A stretch of 64,000 bases of DNA from Barthelona sp. PCE (Eukaryota): the NCBI GenBank assembly GCA_040285745.1, contig JAUFOR010000008.1:1798001-1862000 (forward strand). Direction: 5' to 3'. A model generated the notes under the pieces. It did not search any database. It had not been told where the DNA came from and saw only the letters and a list, made by a program, of their open reading frames with translations. Within the stretch, counting starts at the first letter, position 1, and every line of letters starts with the position of its first letter. Shown here one piece after another: positions 42,148 to 53,000 of this stretch. A program made the translations under genes and the position numbers.

Positions 42148-45100
42148 ATGTCAAGGTTTAAAGTTTTACTAATATTTTTGTTTGCAATAGGTACATGTAC
42201 TAATATAGCAACATTCGCACTGAGCGATTTATATGTTCCTGTTTTGAAATCAATGAATGGAATTAGTTCATTTGTTTCAATAGGTGAGCTTATGTCTGCA
42301 GTATCAGTGGATCAACATCTCAATGATAGTTTTACTGTACCTCAAGATTTTGTCTATGAAGAATTTTTGTCAGAATTTTTTGGCAATTTTTCTATAGCTC
42401 TTTATACGGAAAATTATGATCATTCATATGCATCATTTGAGAAGGTTGAGGCTATTCTACGTTCATTGGATTCATTTTTTTTGACCAATTTCAATATTTC
42501 GATTGACTGTTCTGACATTAGTTTTTCAACCATTCCCAACATCATTGGAACAAGTAACTGTATTTTAAATCGTGCATTGCAATCACCTTCACAGCCTTTT
42601 GTTAAGGATTTAAACATTGCAATTTCAAATTTTTACAGTGATTTGGGAGATGTTTATCCTGATTGTTTTTTTGATAGTGAGTCGCAAAATGTTTATTTAA
42701 ACACTTCTTCTATTGACTGTGTTGGTTCAGTCGTTACAGATCATGATTTATTTGTTAATACTTCTTGGAATTTGGGAAATTTGTTCACTGATACAGGAAG
42801 ATTTAAAGTTGTCAGTTCAATTAGTTTGTCCAGTGGTGTTCCGTTGGTTGTTTCTGATAGTAATACTAATGTGTGTCCATCACCGAATTGTACAAATCAA
42901 GAAACCAGCTATTACCCATCAAGTTCTCTTTTAGGTAGTTTTTTTTTTGGAATATGTCCTGATACCTCAGCATACAGTGGAATACGAAGAGATGAGAATG
43001 ATCACCCTCTAATACACCTTAGTTGCGTTCCTGATGGAGAAAAAAATGATGGATCTACTTGTGATGCTATAGATAACGCTCATTTTACTTGTTCTTTAAA
43101 TGAATGTTTTGCAATATGTGATAAAGGAGGATGGTATAATTCTGGAACAAATGAATCAGTCGTTTGTAGTGAAGCACCTGTTGGTTACTATTCTCCTGAA
43201 TGTGATCAAAACATTTTTCTATGTGAAGATCTTACTTCTGATGAAATTCTAGTTTTAAAACATGATATTGGCAGCTGTATGGATAATTGCAGTACAGTTA
43301 CTAAAGCATCAGGTGTATTTTCGATGCAGCTTGGTGAACAGGCTATCCTATTCTTGGATGGCATTAGCAATGGTGATACTTTTACTTTATTTACCATTAA
43401 TTCAACGACAATATCAGTGTCTTGTACAACACAATGTTCATTGTTTATTTCTAACGATTCAATATCAAATCATAAGTTGTTTGAATGGGATTTTAAATCC
43501 ACTTCAACGTTTTCCTTATTATACAATGATAAATGGTTTATATGTGTTGACTCGTTAATAATAGGATCTTTTTTTGAAGAATTTAACGATCTAATTGTTT
43601 TTGGTAGTGATGTTGGAACTTCATCTGTTTTTGTGACGGATGCTTTAATTATTCCTTCAGATCATGTAATTCAGGTCGGTGTTTTCCCTTTCAAACATGA
43701 AAGCATAGTAGTTTGTCCTTACGGGAGAGAAGGATCTGAGTGTGCATGTGAGAATGGAATGTTGGATTTGAATATAACATGTTTATCACCATGTTCTGAG
43801 GGATTTGAATTTTCTGAGGAGTTGCAATGCGTATCTGTGTCGCCAGCAATGATTAGAACAAGTAATTTGAGTATCAGTTCCACTGTTTCATTAGTGTTCG
43901 AATTTGTACAATTTTTTGATGAAAATGACGTTGTTTTAGAGGCTCAGGGTGTTGTTTTTGACACTAACAGTATGATTAACTTTGATTTTGGCGATTTAAT
44001 TGATATTTTTTCGATTGTTTTTATTTTGAAAGATGATTCTTTAATATTTAACTTGTCTATTCAGGTTGGATCGGAAGAAATGATCATATCTCATGTTGGA
44101 GGATGGAGTTTATCTGTGTTTACATTTGAATTTACTGATGATATTGCTGTTTTGAGAGATGAATTGGAGTACACTCCTTCTTATGGTCATTTATTGTCAT
44201 ATGGTGATGTTTCTGAACTTAGTACATGGTTTGGTCAAATATATAAGCTTTTTGGGGAAAACATAACTGATTCTTATATAAGGTTTGTTGCTAATGTAAG
44301 TTATAATGATGATGTGTTCCTTGCTTTTGGAAACATTACTCTACCATGTTTGTCCGAGTGTTTACCGCTTCAAATTGATTTTCTTTTCCCGTTTGTCTTA
44401 AGCAAAACTGTTAATGTTTGTGGTTTTCAACCAGAGTTCAATATTTCAGTTTTTCCTGTGTATGATAGTCTTGTTGTAGTGAATGTTAGTCACAATATTG
44501 CTTCATTTTCTTCGGCAATAGATTGGCATATTTCTGGATTTGGTTTCTCGGTCTTTAAAAACGCTATCACAGAATCTATGTCATTTAGTTTGGGATCTTT
44601 TTTCAACTCGGTTGACTATTGTTTAACTTTTACTGAATATACAACAGGAAAGAATTATTCTGTTGAAGAATGTTTCACTGTAACACTGAACTCACACATT
44701 ATAGATTCTATTATATATGGAAATGGTACTGTTTTGTTGAATGAAATAGATCTATACAATTCCAGTTATGTCTGTACGGTCAATAATGTTGAGTTTCCAG
44801 TACTTAATAATGTTTTTGTGATTAACACTACTTTTAATGGATTGTACAACATTTCATGTTATATTCTGTTTAACTCTTCAGTTTCATCGTCAACAGAGTG
44901 GTCAGAATATTTTGTTTCTCCTGCAATTACCCCTTCTTATATTTTGAATGAGTGTTCAAATAGTAGTTACTCTCCATTTTCATTTGATTCAATTCCAAAT
45001 TACATCACAACCAAATGTCTTACTAATAATACTATTCTTTTAAGTGGAAATTCAATTAATTTGACTGTTGGATTGAGTCATACTTGTTGGATTGAAGATG

Positions 45101-46023
45101 AAGGAATTAAAAGTAAGAATGCTTCAGTTTTTATCCCATTTTGTCCTATTGGAAACTTTGATGGGCACATAATTCTTGTGAATGGGTCAGTATTAACTGA
45201 TTTGAACAATGTATTAGTTGAAGCCAGATCATTTTTGCTCTCATGCGACAATATGATTTGTTTGGACAATAGTTGCTTTGATATTTTTAGTTTGGATTCA
45301 ACTATTTCATTAGTTTCAAATTTTAACAATGGAGTTTTCTTTGGCAATTTTTCATGTTTATCATCATCAAATTGGGCAGGAATACATCTCAATTTGGTGA
45401 ATAATATAACAGTTCCTTCTGTTTGTGATGAAGTTTGCCAAATAGTAGTTGATTCTAAACTTCCTTTAGTTTCTCTTTCAGAGAAGAATGTTGTGGTTTC
45501 AAATTCTAACGTAATAGATGTTGAAGTAGAGTTTGGTTTGTCATCTTTAAACATTGAATTATGCTTTGAAAATTCTATTTGTTCCAATGTAACATATAAT
45601 GTGATTAGGTATGGATATGATGTTAGTACACTGATGGAAATGTTCCCATGTGGAAAAACAGTTGACATATTTAGTGCAGATATTCCTGCATACTTGTCGA
45701 ATGTGAGAATATTTGCAGAGCTGACGAACAACTCTGTTATTAGAATATCTTCAGGAAACAGATTGAACGACACTATTCGACGAATTATTCTGTATCATGA
45801 TCATTTACATGAATCTAATCAGCCAGTTACATTAGATTGTGTTTGTATTCCAAAAGCCTTTGCCCCACCATCAGAAGAAATGGTTTCCAATACAGTTGTT
45901 TATGGGTTTTTATTTTTCATTTTGGGTTATGTAACTCGTAATGGTTTCATCATGGGAATCAGAGCTAAAAGACGTCAAAAAGCATTATTAGAATACGAAA
46001 CATTTGACCGAAGTTGGACTTAA
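42148..46023 (+). CDS. Large type I membrane surface glycoprotein with Cys-rich (GCC2/GCC3/EGF-like) and beta-rich domains
   Basis: Signal peptide; 'NAHFTCSLNECFAICDKGGWY...CSEAPVGYYSP'; many N-x-S/T sequons; TM 'VVYGFLFFILGYV' and a short basic tail. Confidence 0.75.
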   Translation: MSRFKVLLIFLFAIGTCTNIATFALSDLYVPVLKSMNGISSFVSIGELMSAVSVDQHLNDSFTVPQDFVYEEFLSEFFGNFSIALYTENYDHSYASFEKVEAILRSLDSFFLTNFNISIDCSDISFSTIPNIIGTSNCILNRALQSPSQPFVKDLNIAISNFYSDLGDVYPDCFFDSESQNVYLNTSSIDCVGSVVTDHDLFVNTSWNLGNLFTDTGRFKVVSSISLSSGVPLVVSDSNTNVCPSPNCTNQETSYYPSSSLLGSFFFGICPDTSAYSGIRRDENDHPLIHLSCVPDGEKNDGSTCDAIDNAHFTCSLNECFAICDKGGWYNSGTNESVVCSEAPVGYYSPECDQNIFLCEDLTSDEILVLKHDIGSCMDNCSTVTKASGVFSMQLGEQAILFLDGISNGDTFTLFTINSTTISVSCTTQCSLFISNDSISNHKLFEWDFKSTSTFSLLYNDKWFICVDSLIIGSFFEEFNDLIVFGSDVGTSSVFVTDALIIPSDHVIQVGVFPFKHESIVVCPYGREGSECACENGMLDLNITCLSPCSEGFEFSEELQCVSVSPAMIRTSNLSISSTVSLVFEFVQFFDENDVVLEAQGVVFDTNSMINFDFGDLIDIFSIVFILKDDSLIFNLSIQVGSEEMIISHVGGWSLSVFTFEFTDDIAVLRDELEYTPSYGHLLSYGDVSELSTWFGQIYKLFGENITDSYIRFVANVSYNDDVFLAFGNITLPCLSECLPLQIDFLFPFVLSKTVNVCGFQPEFNISVFPVYDSLVVVNVSHNIASFSSAIDWHISGFGFSVFKNAITESMSFSLGSFFNSVDYCLTFTEYTTGKNYSVEECFTVTLNSHIIDSIIYGNGTVLLNEIDLYNSSYVCTVNNVEFPVLNNVFVINTTFNGLYNISCYILFNSSVSSSTEWSEYFVSPAITPSYILNECSNSSYSPFSFDSIPNYITTKCLTNNTILLSGNSINLTVGLSHTCWIEDEGIKSKNASVFIPFCPIGNFDGHIILVNGSVLTDLNNVLVEARSFLLSCDNMICLDNSCFDIFSLDSTISLVSNFNNGVFFGNFSCLSSSNWAGIHLNLVNNITVPSVCDEVCQIVVDSKLPLVSLSEKNVVVSNSNVIDVEVEFGLSSLNIELCFENSICSNVTYNVIRYGYDVSTLMEMFPCGKTVDIFSADIPAYLSNVRIFAELTNNSVIRISSGNRLNDTIRRIILYHDHLHESNQPVTLDCVCIPKAFAPPSEEMVSNTVVYGFLFFILGYVTRNGFIMGIRAKRRQKALLEYETFDRSWT

Positions 46024-46097
46024 ATTTTTTGAGTCAGTAAAAAAAAAGATAAAAAAAATTCCAAAAAGGCTACCATTAACACATTTATCAACAACTT

Positions 46098-47267
46098 TTA
46101 TTGAAGTCTTAGAGATGCGGCGGCAGCAGATAATGGGTTATAAACAACTTCTTCTTTCTTTTGATCTTCAAAACTGAGATTAGTAACCTTTGTTTTGTCC
46201 ATTCTAAATGCAGTCATACCAGCTAAGGAAGAACCAGCAGCAGAAATGGCAGTCATTGCAGCACGAGAATATCCTTCACGAGGTTTTTCATATTTTCCTC
46301 TTTGTACTTCTTTATAAAGCCAAATGTAAAGAATAAGTAATCCAATAATTAGAAGAATATCAAGTGTGAGATGAGTTTCACATACCCAAGCGGGTTCAGG
46401 ATTAAATACTTCAATAATCTTGATAATTAATAAGATAAAAGCAATTAAACACATTGCCATTTGACTCATCGAAATTGTACCACGCAGTGGAGGTCTTTCC
46501 CACATTAAGAAAAGAATAAATACAGATGCTAAAAGTATTATTAAAGCATCTAACCATTGAATAGTCCAACAAAAACCTGATAAACCAAATCCATTAAGAT
46601 TATTCACATATCTGCAAGTTTTTTCACTTAAATCACCTAGTAAACTTTCAAGATGTGAATATTCATCAATGAATACTGCATGATCTTTTGATGAAGCAAT
46701 ACGATGGAATGTTGCATTATGACTTTTTGCCTCTGGACCAACACCAATAGTATAAATTTCAACTTTTTTCATTTTTGATGCATAAGCAGCTTCTTCTGCC
46801 GCAGTTGCATTGTTTGGTTGTCCATCGGTCAATACAATCATTACATGATGTGATCCATAACCAGTTCGACCATGAGCATCAAGCTCTAATTGACCTAGTC
46901 GAAGTCCAGCTTCCAAATCTGTCAAACCTTTGATAGGCTCTGTCCTGTCAATGGCCTGCTCAATTACACAAGGTGTTCCAGTTAAACAAACTTCACTACG
47001 TGCTCCAGTACTAAATTGAACAACACTCATATGTGTTGCAAAATCACTAACGCTGAAATTGTACACAGCATTGCGTGTGAAGTCAAGAATCTTGTCCCAT
47101 GCATCGGTAGATCCTGTATCTGTAGGATTAAAAATTGAAAGGGAAGAATCAAGCACCATAATTACATCAATGGGTGCGTTACACACAGGCTGGTTGGTTC
47201 CAGTAGTATCAGCAGCATTAGCAATACCTAAAAGCAAAGTAAACAACAGAAAAATATATACTTTCAT
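46098..47267 (-). CDS. von Willebrand factor A (MIDAS) domain membrane protein with three C-terminal TM helices
   Basis: Signal peptide; DVIMVLDSSLS (DxSxS), VVQFS, GLTDL, IVLTDG, IYTIGVG; then three hydrophobic segments. Confidence 0.85.
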   Translation of the reverse strand: MKVYIFLLFTLLLGIANAADTTGTNQPVCNAPIDVIMVLDSSLSIFNPTDTGSTDAWDKILDFTRNAVYNFSVSDFATHMSVVQFSTGARSEVCLTGTPCVIEQAIDRTEPIKGLTDLEAGLRLGQLELDAHGRTGYGSHHVMIVLTDGQPNNATAAEEAAYASKMKKVEIYTIGVGPEAKSHNATFHRIASSKDHAVFIDEYSHLESLLGDLSEKTCRYVNNLNGFGLSGFCWTIQWLDALIILLASVFILFLMWERPPLRGTISMSQMAMCLIAFILLIIKIIEVFNPEPAWVCETHLTLDILLIIGLLILYIWLYKEVQRGKYEKPREGYSRAAMTAISAAGSSLAGMTAFRMDKTKVTNLSFEDQKKEEVVYNPLSAAAASLRLQ

Positions 47268-47600
47268 TATTCGGTTAATAGAGTAACAAGAAACTAATAC
47301 AAGAACCTGAAATCACAGGCAAAGAATTTGCTAACTCTTGAAAAGGAAGTAATACAAGAAAACAAGACACTGATGTTTTAGAAATCGAAATTATTGTTTT
47401 TTGGTGTAAATCATTATTCACCTGATGATATAAGTGCATTATAGGGACATTCATTATGTATAAAAGCTGTAAAATGAAACTTCCTATGAGATTTTTTTTA
47501 TTTTTCATTCTTTCATATTTTAAGGTTCTACATTAATTCCTTTGGGATTATTTATTGCTAAGTGTACGATCATGCGCAAAATTACTGTACATTTATTATC

Positions 47601-49217
47601 TTATGTAAGTTTCTGATGTAGTTTAATAATCTCTTCATCCTCTGGGAAATCAGTAATAGCTTCTGTAACAATATCAATGGCCTCCTTCCTCTGGTTATTC
47701 CTGAGTAAACATTTAATCTGCATCACACGCCATTGACTCTCACGACGACGTACAAAAGCACAATCACTGAATATTTTCGCTGCACCTGTATATTCCTTAG
47801 TGTTCAATAACTTCTTACCTAACCACAATACTGCATCAAGATCCTCCGGTTTATGACGAATAACTTCAGCATAAAAATGCTTTGCTTGATCGATATCTGT
47901 TTGGTTATTGGCAACAGCCTTTAACAAAGTGATATCAGTTGGTACCAGAGCTAAACCAACCTCCTCTTCATCAACCAGAGTGTACAAAGTGCTACACAGA
48001 GGACATTGTTTCAATAATTCACGAGCTATATCAGAATTTTTAGTTTTAAAAGCATAATTATACAAATAATGAAAGTGCGATCCAAGAATATCTTCTGAAT
48101 TTGAATCTAAATGTTGATTCATCACACTGAGATTGTTCAATACATCTTTATCCCACTTGTTTTGTTTATGTAAATCATTGAACATCTCTAGAGCACGATC
48201 CTTCTCATTCTCCAACAGAGCAATGACTGCTAGATCATTACGGCGACCAAGTTGCTGATATTTACGCTTTGCATCATCGATACGACCTTGTTTCAGTAAT
48301 TCAAGAGCATGCATATGTTCAAATCTACTTTCAACATCAGTACCCTTTGTATAGGAACGAAGTTCATCGAGTGTAACTCCACTCTTACGCAGGATAGTCA
48401 ACACAGTGATCTTAAATCCACGAATTTTATCAGGATTGCTGACAAACTCAGTTTCTAAATTGAGCAATGTCTCCAGAATATCTGTCCAATCAAGGCCAAT
48501 GATAAATCGACATAGAAACAAGTTATAGAGCACACTGCCTGACACAAATTGACTGTTTAACTCCATGATTGTTTCAAATGCTTCAAGAGCAGCCTGGAAA
48601 TTGTTTAACTTCAGTTGACAAATTCCAATGTTCTTCAATACAGCAGAGCGCGCCATGATTGCAGATGGGGGAACGTTATCCAACGCCATTGTATACATCT
48701 TTAAACTGTTCTTATATTGTTTTTGCTTGAAGTAAATATTTCCAATGTTCAATCTTAAGCGCGCAGAATGAGCAAACTCTCGATTGCGGGCCAAGATACT
48801 GTATGTTTCAATGGCTTCTGAATAAATTTCATTTAATTCAAGTGCGTTGGCTAATTGAAGGGTTGTTGTAAAAAATACATCAATATTTTGAGGTTCTGAT
48901 AAGCCTGCAGCACGGCGCATTGACGAGGCCTGTCGTTCAGCGTAAGATGCTTTCCGAGCAAGACTTAAGGCTTCTTCATAATTTCCTTCTGCTGCTTCGC
49001 ATGCAGACTGCTGAACATCCTTTTCTATCTGAAGCTCTAGCTCTCTGACTTTGTATTCTGGTGATTCATCCTTTGCCTTCTCCAAAGATATTCCAGAAAT
49101 TCCCCGTTTCTTTATGTTATTTGATGATGTGTATCCAGCAGACCGATTAGAAGTCATGGGCCTTACTCCATCGGCCACCGCGGTTCTTCCCCTTGACGTA
49201 AATGGTAAGTTTGACAT
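47601..49217 (-). CDS. IFT88: Intraflagellar transport protein 88 (compact, divergent)
   Basis: RPMTSNRSAGYTS; ESPEYKVRELE; RLRLNIGNIYFKQKQYKNSLKMYTMALD; C-terminal QWRVMQIKCLLR..DFPEDEE; TPRs. First ATG is 49217. Confidence 0.85.
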   Translation of the reverse strand: MSNLPFTSRGRTAVADGVRPMTSNRSAGYTSSNNIKKRGISGISLEKAKDESPEYKVRELELQIEKDVQQSACEAAEGNYEEALSLARKASYAERQASSMRRAAGLSEPQNIDVFFTTTLQLANALELNEIYSEAIETYSILARNREFAHSARLRLNIGNIYFKQKQYKNSLKMYTMALDNVPPSAIMARSAVLKNIGICQLKLNNFQAALEAFETIMELNSQFVSGSVLYNLFLCRFIIGLDWTDILETLLNLETEFVSNPDKIRGFKITVLTILRKSGVTLDELRSYTKGTDVESRFEHMHALELLKQGRIDDAKRKYQQLGRRNDLAVIALLENEKDRALEMFNDLHKQNKWDKDVLNNLSVMNQHLDSNSEDILGSHFHYLYNYAFKTKNSDIARELLKQCPLCSTLYTLVDEEEVGLALVPTDITLLKAVANNQTDIDQAKHFYAEVIRHKPEDLDAVLWLGKKLLNTKEYTGAAKIFSDCAFVRRRESQWRVMQIKCLLRNNQRKEAIDIVTEAITDFPEDEEIIKLHQKLT

Positions 49218-50068
49218 ATTTGAAAAGGAAATATTTGCTATAACAAGTTTTTGCGACACATATAATAGAATGACATGTTGATCTGTGTTTCAACTGCTTA
49301 CAGCAATTTGATATTCTCAAATGGAAAAGTAGTGAGCACCGGCAGAATAAAAGTATCACGTTCTGCTATTTTGAGTAATTTTATCCTCCAAATACTTATT
49401 CAAAACAAAGTGTTGCCTTCTTTAGTTGTAGTTATCCAGAAATTGAAGTGCATTAATCAGCTTATTGAAAATACATTTCAATTTTCTCAATGTGGCTTTA
49501 CCATATATTTGAGCATCCTGTTAATAGTAAAACATTGATATGTTAAAAATTGAAAAAATTTTAGATAGATCATTTTCTTGCTTAGACATTATAAATACTT
49601 CAGCATCAAAGTATGAGCTGAAAAGTGAGCGTACGACTAAAATCACCTTATTTATTCTACAAAAATATGATTGTAAATAATACAAAAATGGTTTGTTACT
49701 TTACACCATATAAAAAACAGAACTTGCCGATTAACTCCAGCTAATCAACGCGGTTATCAGAAGGATCATGTGAGAAATTTGCAATTCTAAACTTTAACTT
49801 GTTTTTGCAAATTTTTGCCTTCTCATCAGTAGCAACTTTTATTGCTATTTAACGAGTTTAAAAACAGACAGTTAATCCTTCATAACGCAAACAAAGACGA
49901 GTTATACAACTTTTACATTCTAAATTTGTTTAACTATTTTCGCGTCTTTTATACAACAAATATATTTGTATTACAGAAAGATTTACAATAATTTATCCAC
50001 TGTACATTTTGGAATTTGTCAATTTATATAAACTGCGTCAAACAAATTTTATTACACATTAACTAGAA

Positions 50069-53000
50069 ATGCAAACCAGTCATCTTATATCAGAGATATG
50101 TGCTGGGAAATTGGCCGAACATTTTAACCATTCGAACTCAAAGAATTACGTTCAATCATATTTTAATCTAAAAGAATTTCGATTGGCTTTCAATACACTT
50201 GCAGCTGGACCGGTGGGATCATGTATTAACATTTTTGTGCTGGATATTCCCTCTTATTTAAGGAATAATACCGTTACAATGTCAACAAATGATTTTGGTT
50301 CACGTGCTCCATCTGCTCTCAGTTTTATGAGCAATGAACTACTTGAAGGTCCTGACACCGAGTCAGAGGCATCTGGATCAGAAGATGAATACCCAGATAA
50401 ACTTGGAGGAATCATTGAGGAAGGCCATGTTAGTGAAGAAGATATCAAAGAAGGGACTTCAACATTCCTTACGGCTGTTGATGAAACTGTAGCTAAGGCT
50501 GAGATGGGAGAAAGAGTCCCATCGAAACCGAAAATTGATGTCTCCGACACGGATTCAATTAAAAGTGATAGTATGATCCCTTTTACGCTAACACTTGAAC
50601 CACATGAGTGTCCAGTTTTTTATGTTATCAAGCGTAGTGCGCTGTTCATCGAGTCAGAGCCGCACAAATCGTTGCAATTCGGTTTTATTGATGGGAATTT
50701 TTATGATTTTGTACGTTTCAGTGCTGAACACGTTTTTAACCCAATGGTAACTAGTGTTGCTAAACATCAACTGAGCAACATCAACCCAACACATATGAAT
50801 CAATTCAAAGAAGCAGGTACGGAGTTTAGTCAATCTATTGATGAGGTGGAGCAGACTGCTAACACTTCGTTTAGACTTGCTCAACCTGCACCAACATTGG
50901 AGGGATCCTTAAAGAACGCCGTCACAGCAGCGGCAAACGATGCTGTCGTTGACCAATGCGTTGAATTGGTAGAAGAATGGTGCGAACAAATTGATGCATG
51001 GCTTGAGCTAGATGCCAATATTTTTGAAGCACGTGCTCGATTCAGACCCATGTATATCGGAGCTGAGCTTAAATTCTGGAAAGAGAGACAGATGACATGT
51101 CAAGTCATCTTTGATCAGTTGAAGGAGAAGACGTCTCGAAGTTGTATTAGTGTTCTTGTAGCTGCCCGAAGCAGCAGCATCAAGCATTGGCGTGAGTACG
51201 AGCAAACATTACAAGATGCCATGATCATCGCTAAAGAAAATGTTCGTGCACTTCAGCCAATCAGTCGTATTATTAGTGAGATGCAAGACTGGAAGCATTT
51301 TTCCAAAAAGAGGAGTTATTTGGAGCGTCTCTGGGAGAGCGTCGTTAGTTTAGGTCATTCGACACGAAAATACGCTGATCGCAAACAATTTCATTGGATC
51401 TTGGGTTCAGTGTTCGATGCAATCATTCGTAACATCTGTGATATAATCTTTAAATCCCCTGCAAGGTCAGTTCGCGGGTTATGGGAGTGCAGGGAAGTTA
51501 AAATCACAGTTTCTTTAATGGAGCAAGCTTATGATTATATGCTCCTCATAAAAAATTCTTTTGCTGATTTGAGGAAAGATGTACGATCTAAAGTTCATAT
51601 TCCTGAAAGATCAATTGTGCCATTTACAGTGTTCTTTGATCATTTTTCTCGTTTTCAACGGGTGATGACTTTTGCTTACATTTATTCTGATGTTTTCAAG
51701 GTTTTGAAACTTATGTTCCCCAATCGAATTTTTTCAACCGTATTTGATGATTTTATTAAGTCGCGTTTTGATCCACTCTTTGGCTACGACGAATCAGCTC
51801 AGGAAGTATTCAATTCTGTAGAGAATCATGTTGAAGAATTCGAAGTGGAATTGCCAGATCTCCTATTTAAATCATTCGAATTGGTTTCAAAATCAGTACC
51901 AGTTAAAATGAAGTATCTTCTTAGTTTCTCCTCGCTCGTTTCTCGTCCTGCTCTTATCGAATGTTTGCGTACTCTCGCTATACGCTGTAAGCAGGGGTTT
52001 TACACATGGATGAATTCAGTAGAAAACGAGATATCACATCTTGTCCATGATGTACGTAATTTTAGTGATAAGCGCACAACTGTTTATGCATATAACATGC
52101 ATTTGCAGAAGTTATCAAACCCTTTCAAATCTTTCACGAAGTTGAAGGAGTGTGGCATGTTGTTGCATGAAGACTTCACAAAGGTTGCTGATAAGTATAA
52201 CATCCTCATTGATCGACTGAGTGAATTCGTTGACGATATGCTTAAGACTTGGATTCACACCACTTCCTTTCACACATCCATGTTATCACAACCACTGTTG
52301 ATGTATGATAAGGCCAAGCGTAAGTTATATATTAACAATGAACGTGAACTCTTGACGTTTTACAAGGAGTTTCAAGGATTTTTCACACTCAGTTCATCAG
52401 AGTTTGTTAATTTGCCAAAGAATCGGGAGATTTCATTGTTTTTACGTAATATATCAACATTTTCGAACTATCACTCAAAAATGGAGGAATTACTGAAAAT
52501 CAGACATATTGTAACAAACAGTATACCTGATCAGGCACGTGATGTGTTCCTCCCTCTTCTTAGCCATGCTGAAATTGCACTTCGAAAGGCGACCAAGAAC
52601 TTGAACTGGGTATCAGTTTCTATTGATAGTTATTTTGAGAATTGTTTCAATCTTTTTAATGAATTGAACGAGAAAATCATTAACTTTAATTTACGCATTG
52701 CAGAACTTTATGACATTGGTCGTTCTTTATGCAGAATGGTGCTTTTAAAGGCACCTTCAACTTCATTGAAAATTGATCCAACAGTTACAATTGATGATTG
52801 GGTTGATTCACAGTGTAATTTTCATGATTCAATTGAGCCTCGCATACATGATGTATTCAAAGGTTTTGATAAAATGTACTTCAGTATGCTTGAGTGTTAT
52901 AACCCTGAATTTTCTGGAACTGAACATGCTAATCCTGAGACGGTAAAGGCTTACATTAAGAACTTTGTTGTAACCGTTGCCAAAGTCAGTATGCTCACTT

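Noticed and set aside
45078-45773. 231-aa minus-strand ORF
   Set aside because: Antisense shadow of the 1291-aa surface protein.
47275-47508. 77-aa ORF just upstream of the vWA gene
   Set aside because: Short, AT-rich and motif-free; cannot be told from chance, though a uORF is not excluded.
49342-49366. GCAGAA/TTCTGC hairpin, and an X-box-like half site (TAGCAAC, about 49830) in the IFT88-dynein spacer
   Set aside because: A 6-bp stem and a half site are expected by chance.
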